Source: Eledone cirrhosa
Lineage: Eukaryota
DNA: 64,000 nt
Direction of reading: 5' to 3'
Assembly (NCBI GenBank): GCA_964016885.1
Contig: OZ024759.1
Location: 26,164,001-26,228,000, forward strand
Below, piece after piece: positions 1 to 19,139 of this stretch. A program made the translations under genes and the position numbers. Below the pieces are notes generated by a model. It saw only the letters and a program-made list of their open reading frames with translations. It was not told where the DNA came from and ran no database searches. Every line of letters begins with the position of its first letter. Positions within the stretch are counted from its first letter, which is position 1.

Positions 1-188
1 GTCTGCCTGTCTGTCTATCTGTGTTTCTGTCTGTCTGTTTAACTCTATATATCCATCCTTCCATCTATCTATTTATCTGTCTGTCGGACTGTCTGTCTGT
101 GTGTCTGCAAGTTTGTATATCTGTCGGTCTGTGTGTATGTCTGTCTCTCTGTATGTATGTGTCTGTCTCCTGTATCTCTGCCTTATTG

Positions 189-247
<59 letters not shown>

Positions 248-1814
248 AATACCTATAATTCTGTCTGACTCCTCAATATGGTCGAAAATGACTTTTAAAA
301 TGGCTGACATTGCTAATTATACAAACCTTTTGTTTGTTGTTTTTATACACATTGTTATTGTTATCCTCGCTACTGTTATGGTTGTTGTTGTTGTTATTAA
401 TGCTTTTGTTATTGTTGTTGTTGTAATCATTGTTGTTATTGACTTTGTTGTTGTTATATTAGCCACTGCTATTGTAGTCATTGCCTTTGTAGTTGTTGCT
501 GATGATTGTGATGGTGGTGTTGGGTGTGGGAGGTGATGAAGTTAGTGATGGTGGTGATGGCGAAGGTGGTGATGGTGTTGGTGGGGATAATGAAGTCGGA
601 GGTGGTGGTGATGAAGTTGGTGATGGTGGTGATGAGGACGTTGGCGAAGGTGGTGATGGTGGGGATAATGAAGTCGAGGGTGGCGGTGATGAGAGATTCG
701 GGGTGGAATTCGCAATGTTGTCTATGACATCAACATATATGGTATTAAATGGTAGACACACGCAGACACTCACTCTCTCACACCCATGTAGAAGCACACA
801 GACAGAGAATCATTCACGCACACACAGACATACACACACGCACGCACATACACAAATACATACCAACGAACATAGCCCTGTCCGCATACACAAACAAACG
901 TAACCATACAGAAAATATGACACACACAAACACTCACACAAACTTAACCCCTCTCCACAAACACGCACATTGCCAAACCCTTCTATCCTGTCCTCTCTCT
1001 CTCTCTCCTTCGTCCACTCTCTCTCTCCCCCTCTCTCTCTCTTTCGTCCTCGCTCTCTCGTCCCATCTCTCTCGCCCTCTTTGCCCCCTCTCTCTCTCGC
1101 CTTGTCTCTCTGACCATCTCCTTCTCAACCTCTCTCTCTCTCTCCCTCTGACTGTGTGCGTAAGTGTATGTATATATGTTTCTGTTTGTAATGTTAGTGG
1201 AGAAATGTGTGTGAGAGAGAGGGGGAGAAAGTCCAGTAAGAGAAAAAGAGCGAGAAGGGAGAGAGAGTGGGTGAGACAGTGAGTGAGAAGGTTGAGAGAG
1301 AGAGAAAATAAAAGGAAGAGAGAATGAGAATGAAAAGGGGAGAGAGTGAGAATGTCGAGAGAGAAAGAGACAGAAAGGTGTGAAAGATGGGGGGGAGATG
1401 GGTGGTGGTAGGTGGTGTGTGGTGCTTAGGGTGGGGGTGGGGTGGGGGGGGGGGGTCAAGTGATGAGAGTAAGAATATTGTAATTATAGTGTTGCACATT
1501 CACTTAGCATATAATGGTGCAGCAGCAGTAGCAGTAGAACGTGTGTGGTTTAGAGAGGAGGGGGTGGAGTAGTATTAGATGTACACCTATGGTGTGTGTG
1601 TGAGGGGGTAACAATTGAATCTGCTGTTAACTGAGAGAGAGAGAGAAAGAGAGAGAGAGGGGAGGGGCGGAGGTCAACAGCCAAAGTGGTGGACTGTGAA
1701 AGTGGGAGTAAGGGTAGATAGTGAAAGTGAGAGAGAGAGAGACAAAGATTGAGAAGGGGAGCAGCAACGCAAATGGTGTAATGTGGAAGAGAGAGAAGAG
1801 TTTGTGTTTATGTT

Positions 1815-1872
<58 letters not shown>

Positions 1873-1905
1873 GTATAGACATATATGCATTCAGATAAAT
1901 AGATA

Positions 1906-1939
<34 letters not shown>

Positions 1940-1976
1940 CTTATCTATTTATCTGAATGCATATGCCTATCCATCT

Positions 1977-2054
<78 letters not shown>

Positions 2055-2430
2055 ACTCACACATATATATATATATATATATATACATATAGGAAGATCG
2101 GCAAATAAATAGTTAGGCATATATACATTCAGATAAATAGATACGTATGTGTATGTGAGAAAGAGGAGGGGAAAAGGAAGATAGAGAGAGGAGCGGAAGA
2201 ATGAAAGAGAGAGAGAGAGAGGAAAGTGGCGAGGAAGTGATAAGTAACAAAGGATTCAATACACATAATATGTAAAGCTTATTCTAAACTCAAGTTTTCC
2301 CGAACATAAAGTGATCAAGTGTACCAACTGCCCTCTTTTTAGCGAATTGACTTCTGTTTACAACAAAAGCTAGACTGGAAGTAAAATAGGATATTGAAAC
2401 AACCTCGAGAAAACATTATTAAAACGTGGA

Positions 2431-2562
2431 GGTAGATTAGCAGTATCGGTAGGGGGTCGGACGACATGCTTTGCAGCATAGAGTTAGAGCCTTTTACGGT
2501 CTGAGTTGAAATCCCGCCGAGGTTAACTTTGCCTTTCTTCCTTACGGCGTCGATAAAATAAA
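2431..2562 (+). mobile_element. tRNA-derived SINE (family A), 3'-truncated
   Basis: A-box-like TAGCAGTATCGG, B-box-like GAGTTGAAATCC, then the family core GTTAACTTTGCCTTTCTTCCTTACGGCGTCGATAAAATAAA, which recurs in about 25 copies in the window. Confidence 0.85.
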
Positions 2563-2757
2563 CAGGTAGTGGTGGAGGTAGTAGTGTTGGTGGGGGTAAC
2601 AATAGAGGTAGCTGTAGTGGTGGAGGTAGTAGTAGTAGTAGCTGTAGGTGTGGTAGTATTTGTGGTGGTAGCAATAGTGGTAGCTGTAGTGGTGGTGGTA
2701 GTAGCTGTAGTGAAGGTGGTGGTAGTAGTAGTAGTAGTAGTAGTGGTGGTAGTAGTT

Positions 2758-2797
<40 letters not shown>

Positions 2798-3441
2798 CTG
2801 TAGTTGTGGTGGTAGTAGTAATGGAAATGGCGGCAACGAAACCAATTATTATATTGAGCCAATTAAGGAGGTTAGTTCCACCGTCAAACATCACAGCCCA
2901 AACAGCAACACACCGCCACCTCCTCCACACCACTATCACGCAACCACTACCACACAACCATCACAGCCTTAACAGCAACACACCGCCACCTCCTCCACAC
3001 CACCACCTCCTCCACACCACCACCTCCACCTCCTCCACATAGCAATCACACAACCAACTAATACCATCACCACCCAAACAATACCACCACCCAACCAACA
3101 CCACCACCCAACCAACACCATCACACCACCATTACACAGGTACCACCCAACCACCAAACACCACGACCACCACCCAACCAACACCAACACCAACATCGAA
3201 CTACCACCACCACTACTCAACCAAACATCACCACCACCAACCAACACCAAGCAACCACCCACTACCAACCAACCAACACCACCACCACCCAACCAACACC
3301 ACCATGTCATGCAACTGATGCCAGAATGAAACAAACAACAGTAAATGTCTTTGCAATGTTTTTTTTTAATTGATAATGCCCTTCTCATGACATAGACATT
3401 ACCAGTCAGTATTATTTTCTGTATCTTTTTTGTATCCATAT

Positions 3442-3630
3442 GGTGGATTGGCAGTATCGGTAGAGGGTCTGACGCCATGCTTTGATGCATAGAGTTACGG
3501 ACCTTGCCATTCTAAGTTCAAATCCTGCCGAGGTCAACTTTGCCTTTCATCCTTACGGGGTCGATAAAATAAAGTACCAGTAATGCACTGTATATTTGCT
3601 GGCCTTGTGCCAAAAGTAGAAACAATTATT
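3442..3630 (+). mobile_element. SINE family A, full length (short subfamily), with probable 19-bp target-site duplication
   Basis: GGTGGATTGGCAGTATCGG head, GTTCAAATCC B box, core and GGCCTTGTGCCAAAAGTAGAAACAATT tail. ATTATTTTCTGTATCTTTT occurs at 3411-3429 and again at 3625-3643. Confidence 0.9.
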
Positions 3631-3728
3631 TTCTGTATCTTTTGCAGAGATAACTTTCCAGGTATTCGCTCCAAATATTTTTCAGTTCCCTTTTATATCA
3701 TTCCCATTGCGCTGATTATTATTATTAT

Positions 3729-4085
3729 TGGCATTATCGATAGAGCGTCGGACAATATGCTTTATAGCCCCTTACATTCTGTGTTCAAATCCCGCCGAGA
3801 TTAACTTTGCCTTTCATCTTTACGGGGTCGATCAAAGCAAGCACCAGTAATGCACTGGGGTCGATTTAATCGACATTCCCCTACCTGAAAATTGCCTGCC
3901 TTGTGCCTATAGTAGAAATGATTAGTATTATTATGATTATGAGTTCAAATCCAGCCGAGATTAGCTTTGCCTTTCCTACTTACGGGGTCGATAAAATAAA
4001 ATACCAGTAACATACTGTGGTCGATTTAATTGACTTTTTCCCTGCCCCCAAATTGTTAGCATAGTGGCTTAATTAGAAACCATTA
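3729..4085 (+). mobile_element. Two head-to-tail SINE family A copies (long subfamily): about 3729-3925 and a 5'-truncated copy at about 3940-4085
   Basis: Both carry GTTCAAATCC, the GCCTTTC..CTTACGGGGTCGAT core and the GGTCGATTTAAT(C/T)GAC segment. They are separated by (ATT)n tails. Confidence 0.85.
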
Positions 4086-4859
4086 ATTTTATTATGTGAA
4101 GTAGAAGTAGCAGCAGCAGTAGTAGTAGTGGTAGTAGTATTAGTAGTTGTTGTTGTTGTTAGTGTTGTTCTTTTCTCGCATCAAAACATTTCCAAATTAC
4201 TTGGTGTGAAAATCGAGAAGGATTATCGTCGTGTGACCAGAATGTTTTATGGATTCAAAGATTTGTAACGCACACACGCACACACACACACACAGATACA
4301 CACACACGTGCACACGCATTCACAGCTCCACACACACACACAATCTCGATTTCACAAACACACTGACAGACAAACACACACACGCAATCATGATTTCACA
4401 AACACATACAGACACGTAGATACACACACACACACCTTCACATACACAGATACACACAGGCAGAAAAACACACACCTAATCACGATTTCATAAACACATA
4501 CATATAGACATTCAAAAACAGTCACATACACATGCACACTCACAGTTTCACATACAGACAAACAGTTAGACATACACACAGAGACCCAACACTTTCACCT
4601 TAGCACTCTTATCTGAAACATTTACCCACATAAACGCAATCTAAAATATATAGAGAGAGGCATGTAAACACATACACAAACACAGACACACAAACACACA
4701 CACAAAAACACATACACACAAACACATACACAAACACACACTGGTAGATATAAAGTGTACTGGTAGATATAAACCTGCAAAAAAAGGCAGGAAAAAACTT
4801 TATATAAACACACACACGCGTACATATGTAGATAGATATATTAGTTAGATATCTGCATA

Positions 4860-6068
<1,209 letters not shown>

Positions 6069-6599
6069 TAGTTGAACTTTAAATATGTGCACACGGCTAC
6101 AACACATCCAGTCATAATTAAAACCAAAGAAACTTACACATATATTCAAACAATTAAATACACACACCAAACCAAATCTTACACACAAACACAGACACGC
6201 ACACACACACATATCTTGATTCACAAACAATTCCAGGCAAACAAGCAACTAGATACATAGACATTAACGAGACACACGTATCGTAGGAATCAGACACGTT
6301 TTCTTAAAATGGTTGATCGGTAGCGAGAATGGACACCGTCCTCTGGGAATCATCTCGATTAATTCTAAATGACCATCTTAACACACCATCATCACTGTAG
6401 TAACCACCACTACCTGTACGTCTTCACTGAAGCCAGCCAATCATCTACCCCCGACATATCTACATCCGACACACGCATCTTCTAGAGACCTCTTCCCCAA
6501 TAACACTATTGCTAACAACTTGAAATTCATTCCCTTACTTGTCACTCAAGTACAATGATTCGCACACACAGGTGTGTACGTATATGTAGCTATATATAC

Positions 6600-8765
<2,166 letters not shown>

Positions 8766-8902
8766 CATTATTTAATTATTGGTGTACCATACGCTGCTTT
8801 TGGATTGTCACGGCCTATGTTTTTTTTATTAAAAATTGTTTGTGGAAAAATATGTGACTTGCAATATATATATATGTGTATATATATACGTATATATATA
8901 TA

Positions 8903-8970
<68 letters not shown>

Positions 8971-9213
8971 GAGAGAGAGAGAGTTTCGTTATATTTAAAA
9001 TGGATTTAGCTGTCACACACATATATGCAAAAGGCTACCAAGTAAAGAAGTGTTTCTTAGTGTGTGTGAAGAAAACAATTATCTTCCTTGTACCTGTTAT
9101 AAATGCATAGAAGCATACATATACGTATATCTGTATATCTATATATACATATATATACATACATATATACACACATATATACGTATGTATATATATATAT
9201 AGAGAGAGAGAGA

Positions 9214-9279
<66 letters not shown>

Positions 9280-9899
9280 GAGGTGAATAGGATCTCGCCA
9301 TCATCATCATCATCATTATTATCAGAAGAAAAAAAAAAAGAGAATGTGAATCGTAGAAAAAACGAAGAAAACGATGAAAAAAAAATACGACACGTAAAAA
9401 ACAAAAAACGTAAAAAAGAAAAGAAAATGGCGGCCTAAGACAAAATGGCCGGCCATTAACATCTCCATAAAGAAACATCATCATCTGTAGCAGCAGCAGT
9501 GGAAGAAGCGGCAATGATAACAACAATAAGAATAACAAAAAGAGCAATTTTGCATAAAATACGAAGAAACAATTAACATGTTAGAAATAACAATCTTGTT
9601 TAACTCTTTTTATAAACACCACGTACAGACACACACTCTAGTACGTACACACACAAGTACATACAGACAAGTACCCACAGATACACACTCACACACACAC
9701 ACAGACTCAGAGACAAAAGACAGAGAGACACATACAGAGAAAGAGTCAAACACACACCCCGACAGTGAGAGAGACACATTCACACATACAAATACATACA
9801 TACACACACACACACATATATATATATACACACATACAGACAAATGTATCTCTTTGTAGTGTGTGTATGAATACATACATATGTATGTGTAGTGTTTGT

Positions 9900-10169
9900 A
9901 GAAATATATATATATGTATGTATGTATATATGTATGTATGTATGTATATGTGTATGTATATATATATGTCTATATATGTATATATACATGTATGAATATA
10001 TATTTGTATATATATATCTTTATATATGTATATATATATATATGTATATATATATGTATATATATATATGTATATAAATATGCATATATGTATATATATA
10101 TGTATATATGTATATATGTATATATATATGTATATATATGTGTATATGTATATATATATGTGTATATAT

Positions 10170-10203
<34 letters not shown>

Positions 10204-10316
10204 ATATGTCTATATATGTGTATGTATATATATGTATATATATATATGTATGTATATATATATATGTATGTATATATATATATATGTATGTATATATATA
10301 TGTATGTATATATATG

Positions 10317-10347
<31 letters not shown>

Positions 10348-10477
10348 GTATGTATGTATATATATGTATGTATATGTATATATGTATGTATATATATATA
10401 TGTATGTATATATATATATGTATGTATATATATATATATATATGTATATACATATATATATATATATATGTATATTC

Positions 10478-10538
<61 letters not shown>

Positions 10539-10566
10539 AATATACATATATATATATATATGTATG

Positions 10567-10607
<41 letters not shown>

Positions 10608-10608
10608 G

Positions 10609-10680
<72 letters not shown>

Positions 10681-10828
10681 AGTATGTATATATATATACA
10701 TATATATATATACATGTATATATGTATGTATATATAGATACATATGTATATATGTATATATGTATATATGTATATATGTATGTATATATATATATATATA
10801 TGTATATGTATGTGTATGTATATATGTA

Positions 10829-10864
<36 letters not shown>

Positions 10865-10956
10865 TATATATATATATATATGTATATGTATGTGTATATA
10901 TATATTATATGTGTATGTATATATGTATGTATATATATATATATATGTATATGTAG

Positions 10957-10998
<42 letters not shown>

Positions 10999-11222
10999 AT
11001 ATATATGTATGTGTATATATATATGTATGTATGTATATATATATACATATATATATGTATATATGTATGTATATATACATATATATATGTATTCATATAT
11101 ATATATATACATATATATATATGTATGTATATATATATTCATATATATATGTATATATGTATGTATATATATACATATATATATATATATGTATATATGT
11201 GTCTACATACACATACATATAT
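9900..11222. repeat. Interrupted (TA)n array, about 1.3 kb
   Basis: Directly visible. Confidence 0.98.
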
Positions 11223-11355
11223 AGAGACTGTCATGAGTAGTGAACACAGTGAAGAAAACAACAAAAAATAATAATTGTAACGAGGAAGGAATTAGAAGGA
11301 AATACACACGTATACACCCACACACCATCGCACACTCACAGATACACACTGACGC

Positions 11356-11413
<58 letters not shown>

Positions 11414-11716
11414 CAGTTCCACCTAATATATATATGTATAGGAGGGGAAACAAAAAAAAGTATTTAGCTGAAAAAACAACAGCGCAAAATTCTTTTCTGC
11501 CATCTTGTATGAATGTGTTGGCCAAATTGACATACATTTCATTTTGCGCTTGGTTTAATTTTTACCTTCGTACCGTGTAAATGTCGCTCATAAGACGCGT
11601 CTTAAATATGGAAAGTGAACGTAGACATTTTTTTGTGTGTTTATAATTTTTTGCTGACAATTTTTTATTTGTATATGTATATATATATATATATGTAAAT
11701 AAATATATACACGCAC

Positions 11717-11802
<86 letters not shown>

Positions 11803-12532
11803 ATTTTCCATGTGTTTGTATTTTGTCCATGTGTTTGTATTTGCTTTTGTTTTGCTTTCCTTTGCTTCTGCGTCATTTTGTCTACAAACACACATATATA
11901 TATACGTATGTATATATGCACACATATATATGTATGTATACATTCATACATTTACATATATGTATGTATACATATGTATATATATATATATATATTTATA
12001 TATATGTATGTATACATATGTATATATATATATTTATATATATGTATGTATACATATGTATATATATATATTTATATGTATGTATATTTGTATATATAGG
12101 TATATATATATATTTATATGTATGTATATTTGTATATATAGGTATATATATATTTATATGTATGTATATTTGCATACATTTATATATATGTATACACACA
12201 TTATATATATATATATATATATGTGTGCGTGTGTGTGTGTTTACATACATATATCTGAGTGTGTGTGTGTGGATACGGACATCGTGTTGCGTTTGTGTCA
12301 TTTTTTTCTTTTATGTTTCTTTAATATCATTTTCTCTCCCTTTCTATCTCGCTCTCCCTCGCTCTCACTCCCTCGCTCATTCTCCCACCTCTCTCTCTGT
12401 TGTTTTTATTTAATTTTATTATTCCGAACCACTTGCATAAACTACATCGTTGCAGGTGGTAAATGTACACCATTCACTTGCCAAATATCTACTCCCATCC
12501 CTACCTCAGCCTTGCCTCTCTGCATGCCTTCG

Positions 12533-12644
<112 letters not shown>

Positions 12645-12845
12645 CACACACACACAGACGTAGATTAACCCTATCCCCCTTTCATCCTCTTGCTTTCTTG
12701 GAACACTTGTCATCCCGCTATTATGAATATTTAGTATATAGTGTGCGTATGTATGTACGTACTTACGTACGTATGTCTCTATGTATGTATGTACGTACGT
12801 ATGTATGTACGTACGTATGTATGTATGTACGTACGTACCTACGTA

Positions 12846-12929
<84 letters not shown>

Positions 12930-13032
12930 GATGTATGTATGTATTTATGTCTATTTATATACCTTGACTCACATGACTTACTCGTTGAAATAATTAGATT
13001 TATATGTAAGTAAATGTCCCCCCCCCCCTCTT

Positions 13033-13170
13033 GCCAGAATCTATACTCGCTGAATCTCCCTGAGAACTACGTTAGAGATACATAACGTGTCTGTAGAAAG
13101 CTCACTCACATGCTTTTCAATTTCCCGAGCAGTTTCGTCCCTAAAACGTATCAGCTACAAACCTCGTCTT
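13033..13170 (+). mobile_element. Diverged 3' portion of a second SINE (family B)
   Basis: CCCTGAGAACTACGTTA...ACGTGTCTGT...AATTTCCCGAGCAG...ATCAGCT..AACCTCGTC resembles an Octopus SINE body from recall. Confidence 0.5.
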
Positions 13171-13349
13171 TGGACATGACACAGTTTCAACATGTATATT
13201 TTCATACAGCTATGTTCAAGACATTGCTTTTGCAACATTGCTGTTCAAATCTATTTCTATGCTACGATGCAATCTTAGTTCGAAAATGAGGTAAATACTT
13301 CACATTAAATCCATATAGTGTGTGTGGGGTGGGGTGGGGGTGGGGGAGA

Positions 13350-13374
13350 CATATATAAGTATATATACATATAT

Positions 13375-13413
<39 letters not shown>

Positions 13414-13469
13414 ATGTGTTTAAATATATAATATATATATTTAAACACATTACATATATATATTTAAAC

Positions 13470-13518
<49 letters not shown>

Positions 13519-13794
13519 TATGTATGTATATATATATATGTATGTATATATATATGTGTGTATATATATATGTATATATATATGTGTGTATATATATATG
13601 TATATATATATGTGTGTATGTATATATATATGTGTGTATATATATATATGTGTGTGTATATATATATATATGTGTGTGTATATATATATATATGTGTGTG
13701 TATATATATATATATGTGTATATATATATGTGTGTATATATATATATGTATATGTGTGTATATATATATATTTGTGTATATATATATATATTTG

Positions 13795-13861
<67 letters not shown>

Positions 13862-13872
13862 ATGTATATATA
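13350..13872. repeat. (TA)n/(TG)n array
   Basis: Directly visible. Confidence 0.97.
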
Positions 13873-14178
13873 ATTTTTTGGTATGAATCGAAGCTTTAGC
13901 TGCCATATAGTAGATATATATGTATATATGTATATATATATGTAGATGTGTATGTGTATAAACATGTACATATGTATGTATATATATATATATTTATATA
14001 TGTATATACACATTTGTACAGTCAGCAAGTTTTATAGTCAATTACTTTGAGTATCATTTGAAACACTCGCTATTGACACTAAACACAAGCAATATACTGT
14101 CGTATTATATTTCGTGTTGAGTCCTGGTCCTTTACAATGCAAATTGTTCACGACAATACAGAAGGGTAACACGCACAC

Positions 14179-14302
<124 letters not shown>

Positions 14303-14413
14303 GAAGAAAGAAAAAGGGAATTATTTCTAAGAAATTGAAAGGAGAAAATGGCGGATAAATACGCATCTACATACGTGTACACCTCACACGTTCACACACT
14401 CACACACACTCAC

Positions 14414-14479
<66 letters not shown>

Positions 14480-14735
14480 TATGAAATCCGATACTCAATA
14501 CGAATATTCGGTTGAAACACATTCAGGCGTATTTCAGCTTCGCTTTTTCTCTCCTTTTCACTTTTATTCCTTTTAAATTGTTCGTTGTTTGAGAGAGAAT
14601 ATATCTCTTCTGATTTTCATCGTATTTTTTCTTCTTTTATGCATTTCTTTCCACCCCCAAAATTAATCTAATCTGTTGAACCGCTTTGGTGAAATAGTAT
14701 TCGACACACACATATACGCATGCACCCCCTCCCCC

Positions 14736-14811
<76 letters not shown>

Positions 14812-15574
14812 ATGTTTATATGATTATATATGTGTATGTATGTGAGTATATATATGTATATATATGTTGTGGGGTATAGATGTATTAAGATGTTGAAATA
14901 AAAAATAAGTAAAGAGGCAAAAATGGTATTAGTGGTGCCCTCTATTATATTGTATAGTGGAAAATTACTTTGCCATCTTTTATAGCCTTCCTTACAGATA
15001 GCTCTTCAATATATAGAGTCATAAAAAACACATAGATATTACAGGGAGCAGATGATGTTCTTATTAATGCAATCTTGTGGCACATACCACCTCCAGATCT
15101 CTACACATCCCCAGACCCGTCCATAGATCCTCACACACATACATACACATTCACATGCATACACAAACATAAACCCTCACACATACATACACCTTCACAT
15201 ATATACACAAACATAAAAACTTACACACGTACATCAACTCTCACACTCATACATACACCTTCACATACATACACACGTACATAGACGCTCATACTCATAC
15301 ATAGACATTCCCATACATACACAAACATAAACCCTTACACACGTATATAGACTGTCACACTTGTGCATACACCTTCACACACATACAAAAAAATAAACCT
15401 TCATAAACACACACAATAATACATACGTACGTACACATGCAGTAAATAATTAATATTGATGATGATGATGATGATGGTGGGTATAATAATAATAGTAATA
15501 TTGATGATGATGATGATCATAATAATAATTTCTTTACTACAAGAGTGAATATCTGAACATGATGATAAGATTTA

Positions 15575-15647
<73 letters not shown>

Positions 15648-15665
15648 ATATATATATATATGAAC

Positions 15666-15712
<47 letters not shown>

Positions 15713-15886
15713 TGAACATATATATATATGTTCATATATATATATACATGAACATATATATAAATATATATGTATATATATAACATATATATATTTATAT
15801 ATATTTATATATATATATGTATAGATATACACACACACATGGATATATAATATATATTTATATATATGTATATATATATATGCACG

Positions 15887-15932
<46 letters not shown>

Positions 15933-16039
15933 CATGACCCCTTAAAACAATAAAAATATTTTTAAAAATATAACCAATTACCTGTACAAGGGGCAGAGAA
16001 AAGAGCTACGCCAGTCAGTTTTGTTTTATATAGCTGTGA

Positions 16040-16080
<41 letters not shown>

Positions 16081-16170
16081 CAGTATATATATATATGTGT
16101 GTGTGTATATATGTGTTTATATATATGTTTAATATATATGTGTTTATATATATATGTTTTTAATATATAT

Positions 16171-16230
<60 letters not shown>

Positions 16231-16765
16231 TTATATATATATATGTTTAATATATGTGTTTATATATATATATGTGTGTGTTTATATATATATATATATA
16301 TATATGTTTAATATATATGTATATATATATATATATATTTTTTTTTTTATGTATATGTTTAAATATATATGTTTATGTATGTTTATATATGTATATATAT
16401 ATATATATGTGTGTTTATGTATTGTATGTGTGTGTACGTATGTGTAGCTGTGAACATAAAGAACGTTTTAAAGCCTTTAGTATGGACATGTCTGTCTTTA
16501 ACATATAGACCTTCTGTGTTCTTTCGCCAAGGTTTTTTTTTTGACCGTTTTTTCTCTTTATGGCATCATCTCCTCCACACACACACACTCACTCGTTCGT
16601 TCTCTCTTTCTTTCTCCTTGTTCGTTTTCTATACTTACATATATCATCACACTCACCGATACTCAGATGATATATCTGTGTATGTATGTATGTGTGTGTG
16701 TATATATATAGGTATCTACGTGTATGTATGCATGTGTGTATGTGTGTATGTATGTATATATGAAT

Positions 16766-16806
<41 letters not shown>

Positions 16807-17749
16807 CGTAGGAAATGCGAGAAATAACGAAAGTGTAAGTATTAGTATGTCTAATAATGATGTTGGTATTGATGAAAATTATTATGATGATAATCGAAAG
16901 CTTCCATAATGTATTTTGATAGTTCAACTCATTCACTGATTGATTGAAAAGTGTGTAGCAAGTGTAACAAAAGAAAATATATAACAAGCGGAAGTGCAGA
17001 AAGGCGAGACAAACAATATGGCCGTCGTCTGACGAATGATAGAGAAAGAAACAAAAAACTGAAAATGATTCTTCTAACAAACAATCTATATGAAAATCTC
17101 GCCTTAATATCATTTCCAAACCAGCCCCGAAATAAAAGTAAATTAATTAACTAACTAGCTAGTTAACTCACCAACTGACCGACTAACTAACTAACTAAAT
17201 TAAATATAACCATAATAAATGAATGACTAAATAATTAAATGTGTTTTATATTGTTATAAAATGGACGAAGTTAGTTAAACATCGCCATTTTGTTTTAAAA
17301 CCTTACTCCTAAAACATTTTCGTGCCATTTTTCAAATTGACGATGATTCATTAAAATAATTTGAATCTTTTTGATTCAATAATCCCTTTTATATTTTACT
17401 GCTCTCGTTGTAGTCGTCGTGGTTATTGTTGTATGGTTGTTGTTGTTTCTGTAAGTTAGTATTTTTATTGATGTTGTTGATGCTCTTTTAGAAATCGTAA
17501 TTGCCAGTAACATTGAATGTTGTTGTTGCTATTGTTAATTTATTAGTTTATTAAGCATTGTATTTGTTGTTGTTGTTGTTACTGGTGGCGGTAGTTATGG
17601 GTTTTTGTGTTACTGTCACAGTGCTTGTTATTGCTGACTTTTTGGTTTCGTTTTTGTTTTTGTGGGTGTTGGTGTTGTTGGTGGGTTTATTCTGCCTGTG
17701 ACCACGAAGGAAGTTAGTGGTGTCGTTGTTATAGTTGATGTTGTTGTTG

Positions 17750-18010
17750 GTAGTGGTGTTGTTGATAGTATCGTTATTGTTGTAGGTATTGGGGGTGGTA
17801 GCTAGTGAGGTACTATTAATTGTATTAAGGTGTTAGTTGTGTTAGTGGCGTCGTTGTTATTGTTGGTGCTGTTGTTGGTAGTGCTGGTGTTGATAGTATC
17901 GTTATTGTTGGAGGTATTAGTGGCAGTAGCTAGTGAAATGCTATTAATTGTACTAAGCTGTTAGTTGTGTTAGTGGTGTCGTTGTTATTGTTGGTGTTGG
18001 TATTGGTGTT
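17750..18010. repeat. Tandem duplication, unit about 128 bp
   Basis: GTTGATAGTATCGTTATTGTT...GTAGCTAGTGA...CTATTAATTGTA..AAG.TGTTAGTTGTGTTAGTGG occurs twice. Confidence 0.85.
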
Positions 18011-18917
18011 AGAGGTGATGGCCGGTGAAGTAGTGTTAGTGATGTTGATGAAGGAGTCGGTGTTTGTAAAGTTGTTGTTATTTTTGCTGCTGGTGGTGGT
18101 GGTGGTTGTCGTGTCTGCTGAGGTTGTGTTAATAGTATTGTTGTTATTGTGAATATCTGTGGTTTTGGCTGATCTTACTGATGTTAGTGGTGGTGTTGTT
18201 GTTGGTGTTGCTATTAATAACGGTCAAAGTGTTTACGATGGTGATGGTGATGATGATGACGAATATGAGGGAAGAGGGGGAGGGGAGGAGTAGATGTAGG
18301 AGGTGGTGGTAATAATTGTCACTTTTGTCGCTTTTAATGGAAATCACTAATAGAATGGCCATTTGTGTCGGTATTCGAGTTTGTTTTTTTGCCTCATTAA
18401 AAACACAAAACAGAAAATGGACGACGATAATAACAACAATGACAACAACAACAACGACAATAACAACAACAACTACAGCAGCAACAATAAATAATACAAA
18501 AACATCTACGACAACAGCAACAGCTTAGACAGTAAAAATAACAACTACATCAATGACAATAAAAACGACACCATAGAATATAGCAGCGGCAACAAGAAGA
18601 GCAACAACAATAACAATAATAGCAACTACAACTACAAAAATAAAAGAACTTCAACAGTGACGATAAAAACTGCACCATAGAATACAACAACAGCAACTAC
18701 AATAGTAACCTAATAACAACAACTACTACTACTACAACAAAAACAGCTTCACTATTGATAACAACTATAGCAATGACAATAAAATCTTCACAAAAGAATA
18801 CAGCAACTCTAACAATAATAATATCAACAATAACAACACCGACAATAATATGAACAAGTATAATTGCAGCGGCCACAACAAAAACACACAAAAATAACAA
18901 CAAAACAAAACAATATA

Positions 18918-19020
18918 AATGGTTTCCACTTTAGACTCAAGGCCGACACTCGAGGGGAGGGCTAAGTTAGTTTTAATTGATGCCTCGGTACATTCCTAGT
19001 TCTATATATTATCGACCCGT
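18918..19020 (-). mobile_element. Diverged SINE family A 3' fragment
   Basis: AATGGTTTCCACTTTAGACTCAAGGCC...TTATCGACCCG matches the reverse complement of the tail and core. Confidence 0.55.
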
Positions 19021-19139
19021 TCTTGGAAAGATTGAATGCAGTAACTGTGTCTCTGCCATTTGTAAAAGACGACAATACATAATTTTCATTGGTAACGAGT
19101 TATCTTAGATCTACTTTTTTTTTTTTTTTTGTTAATTAA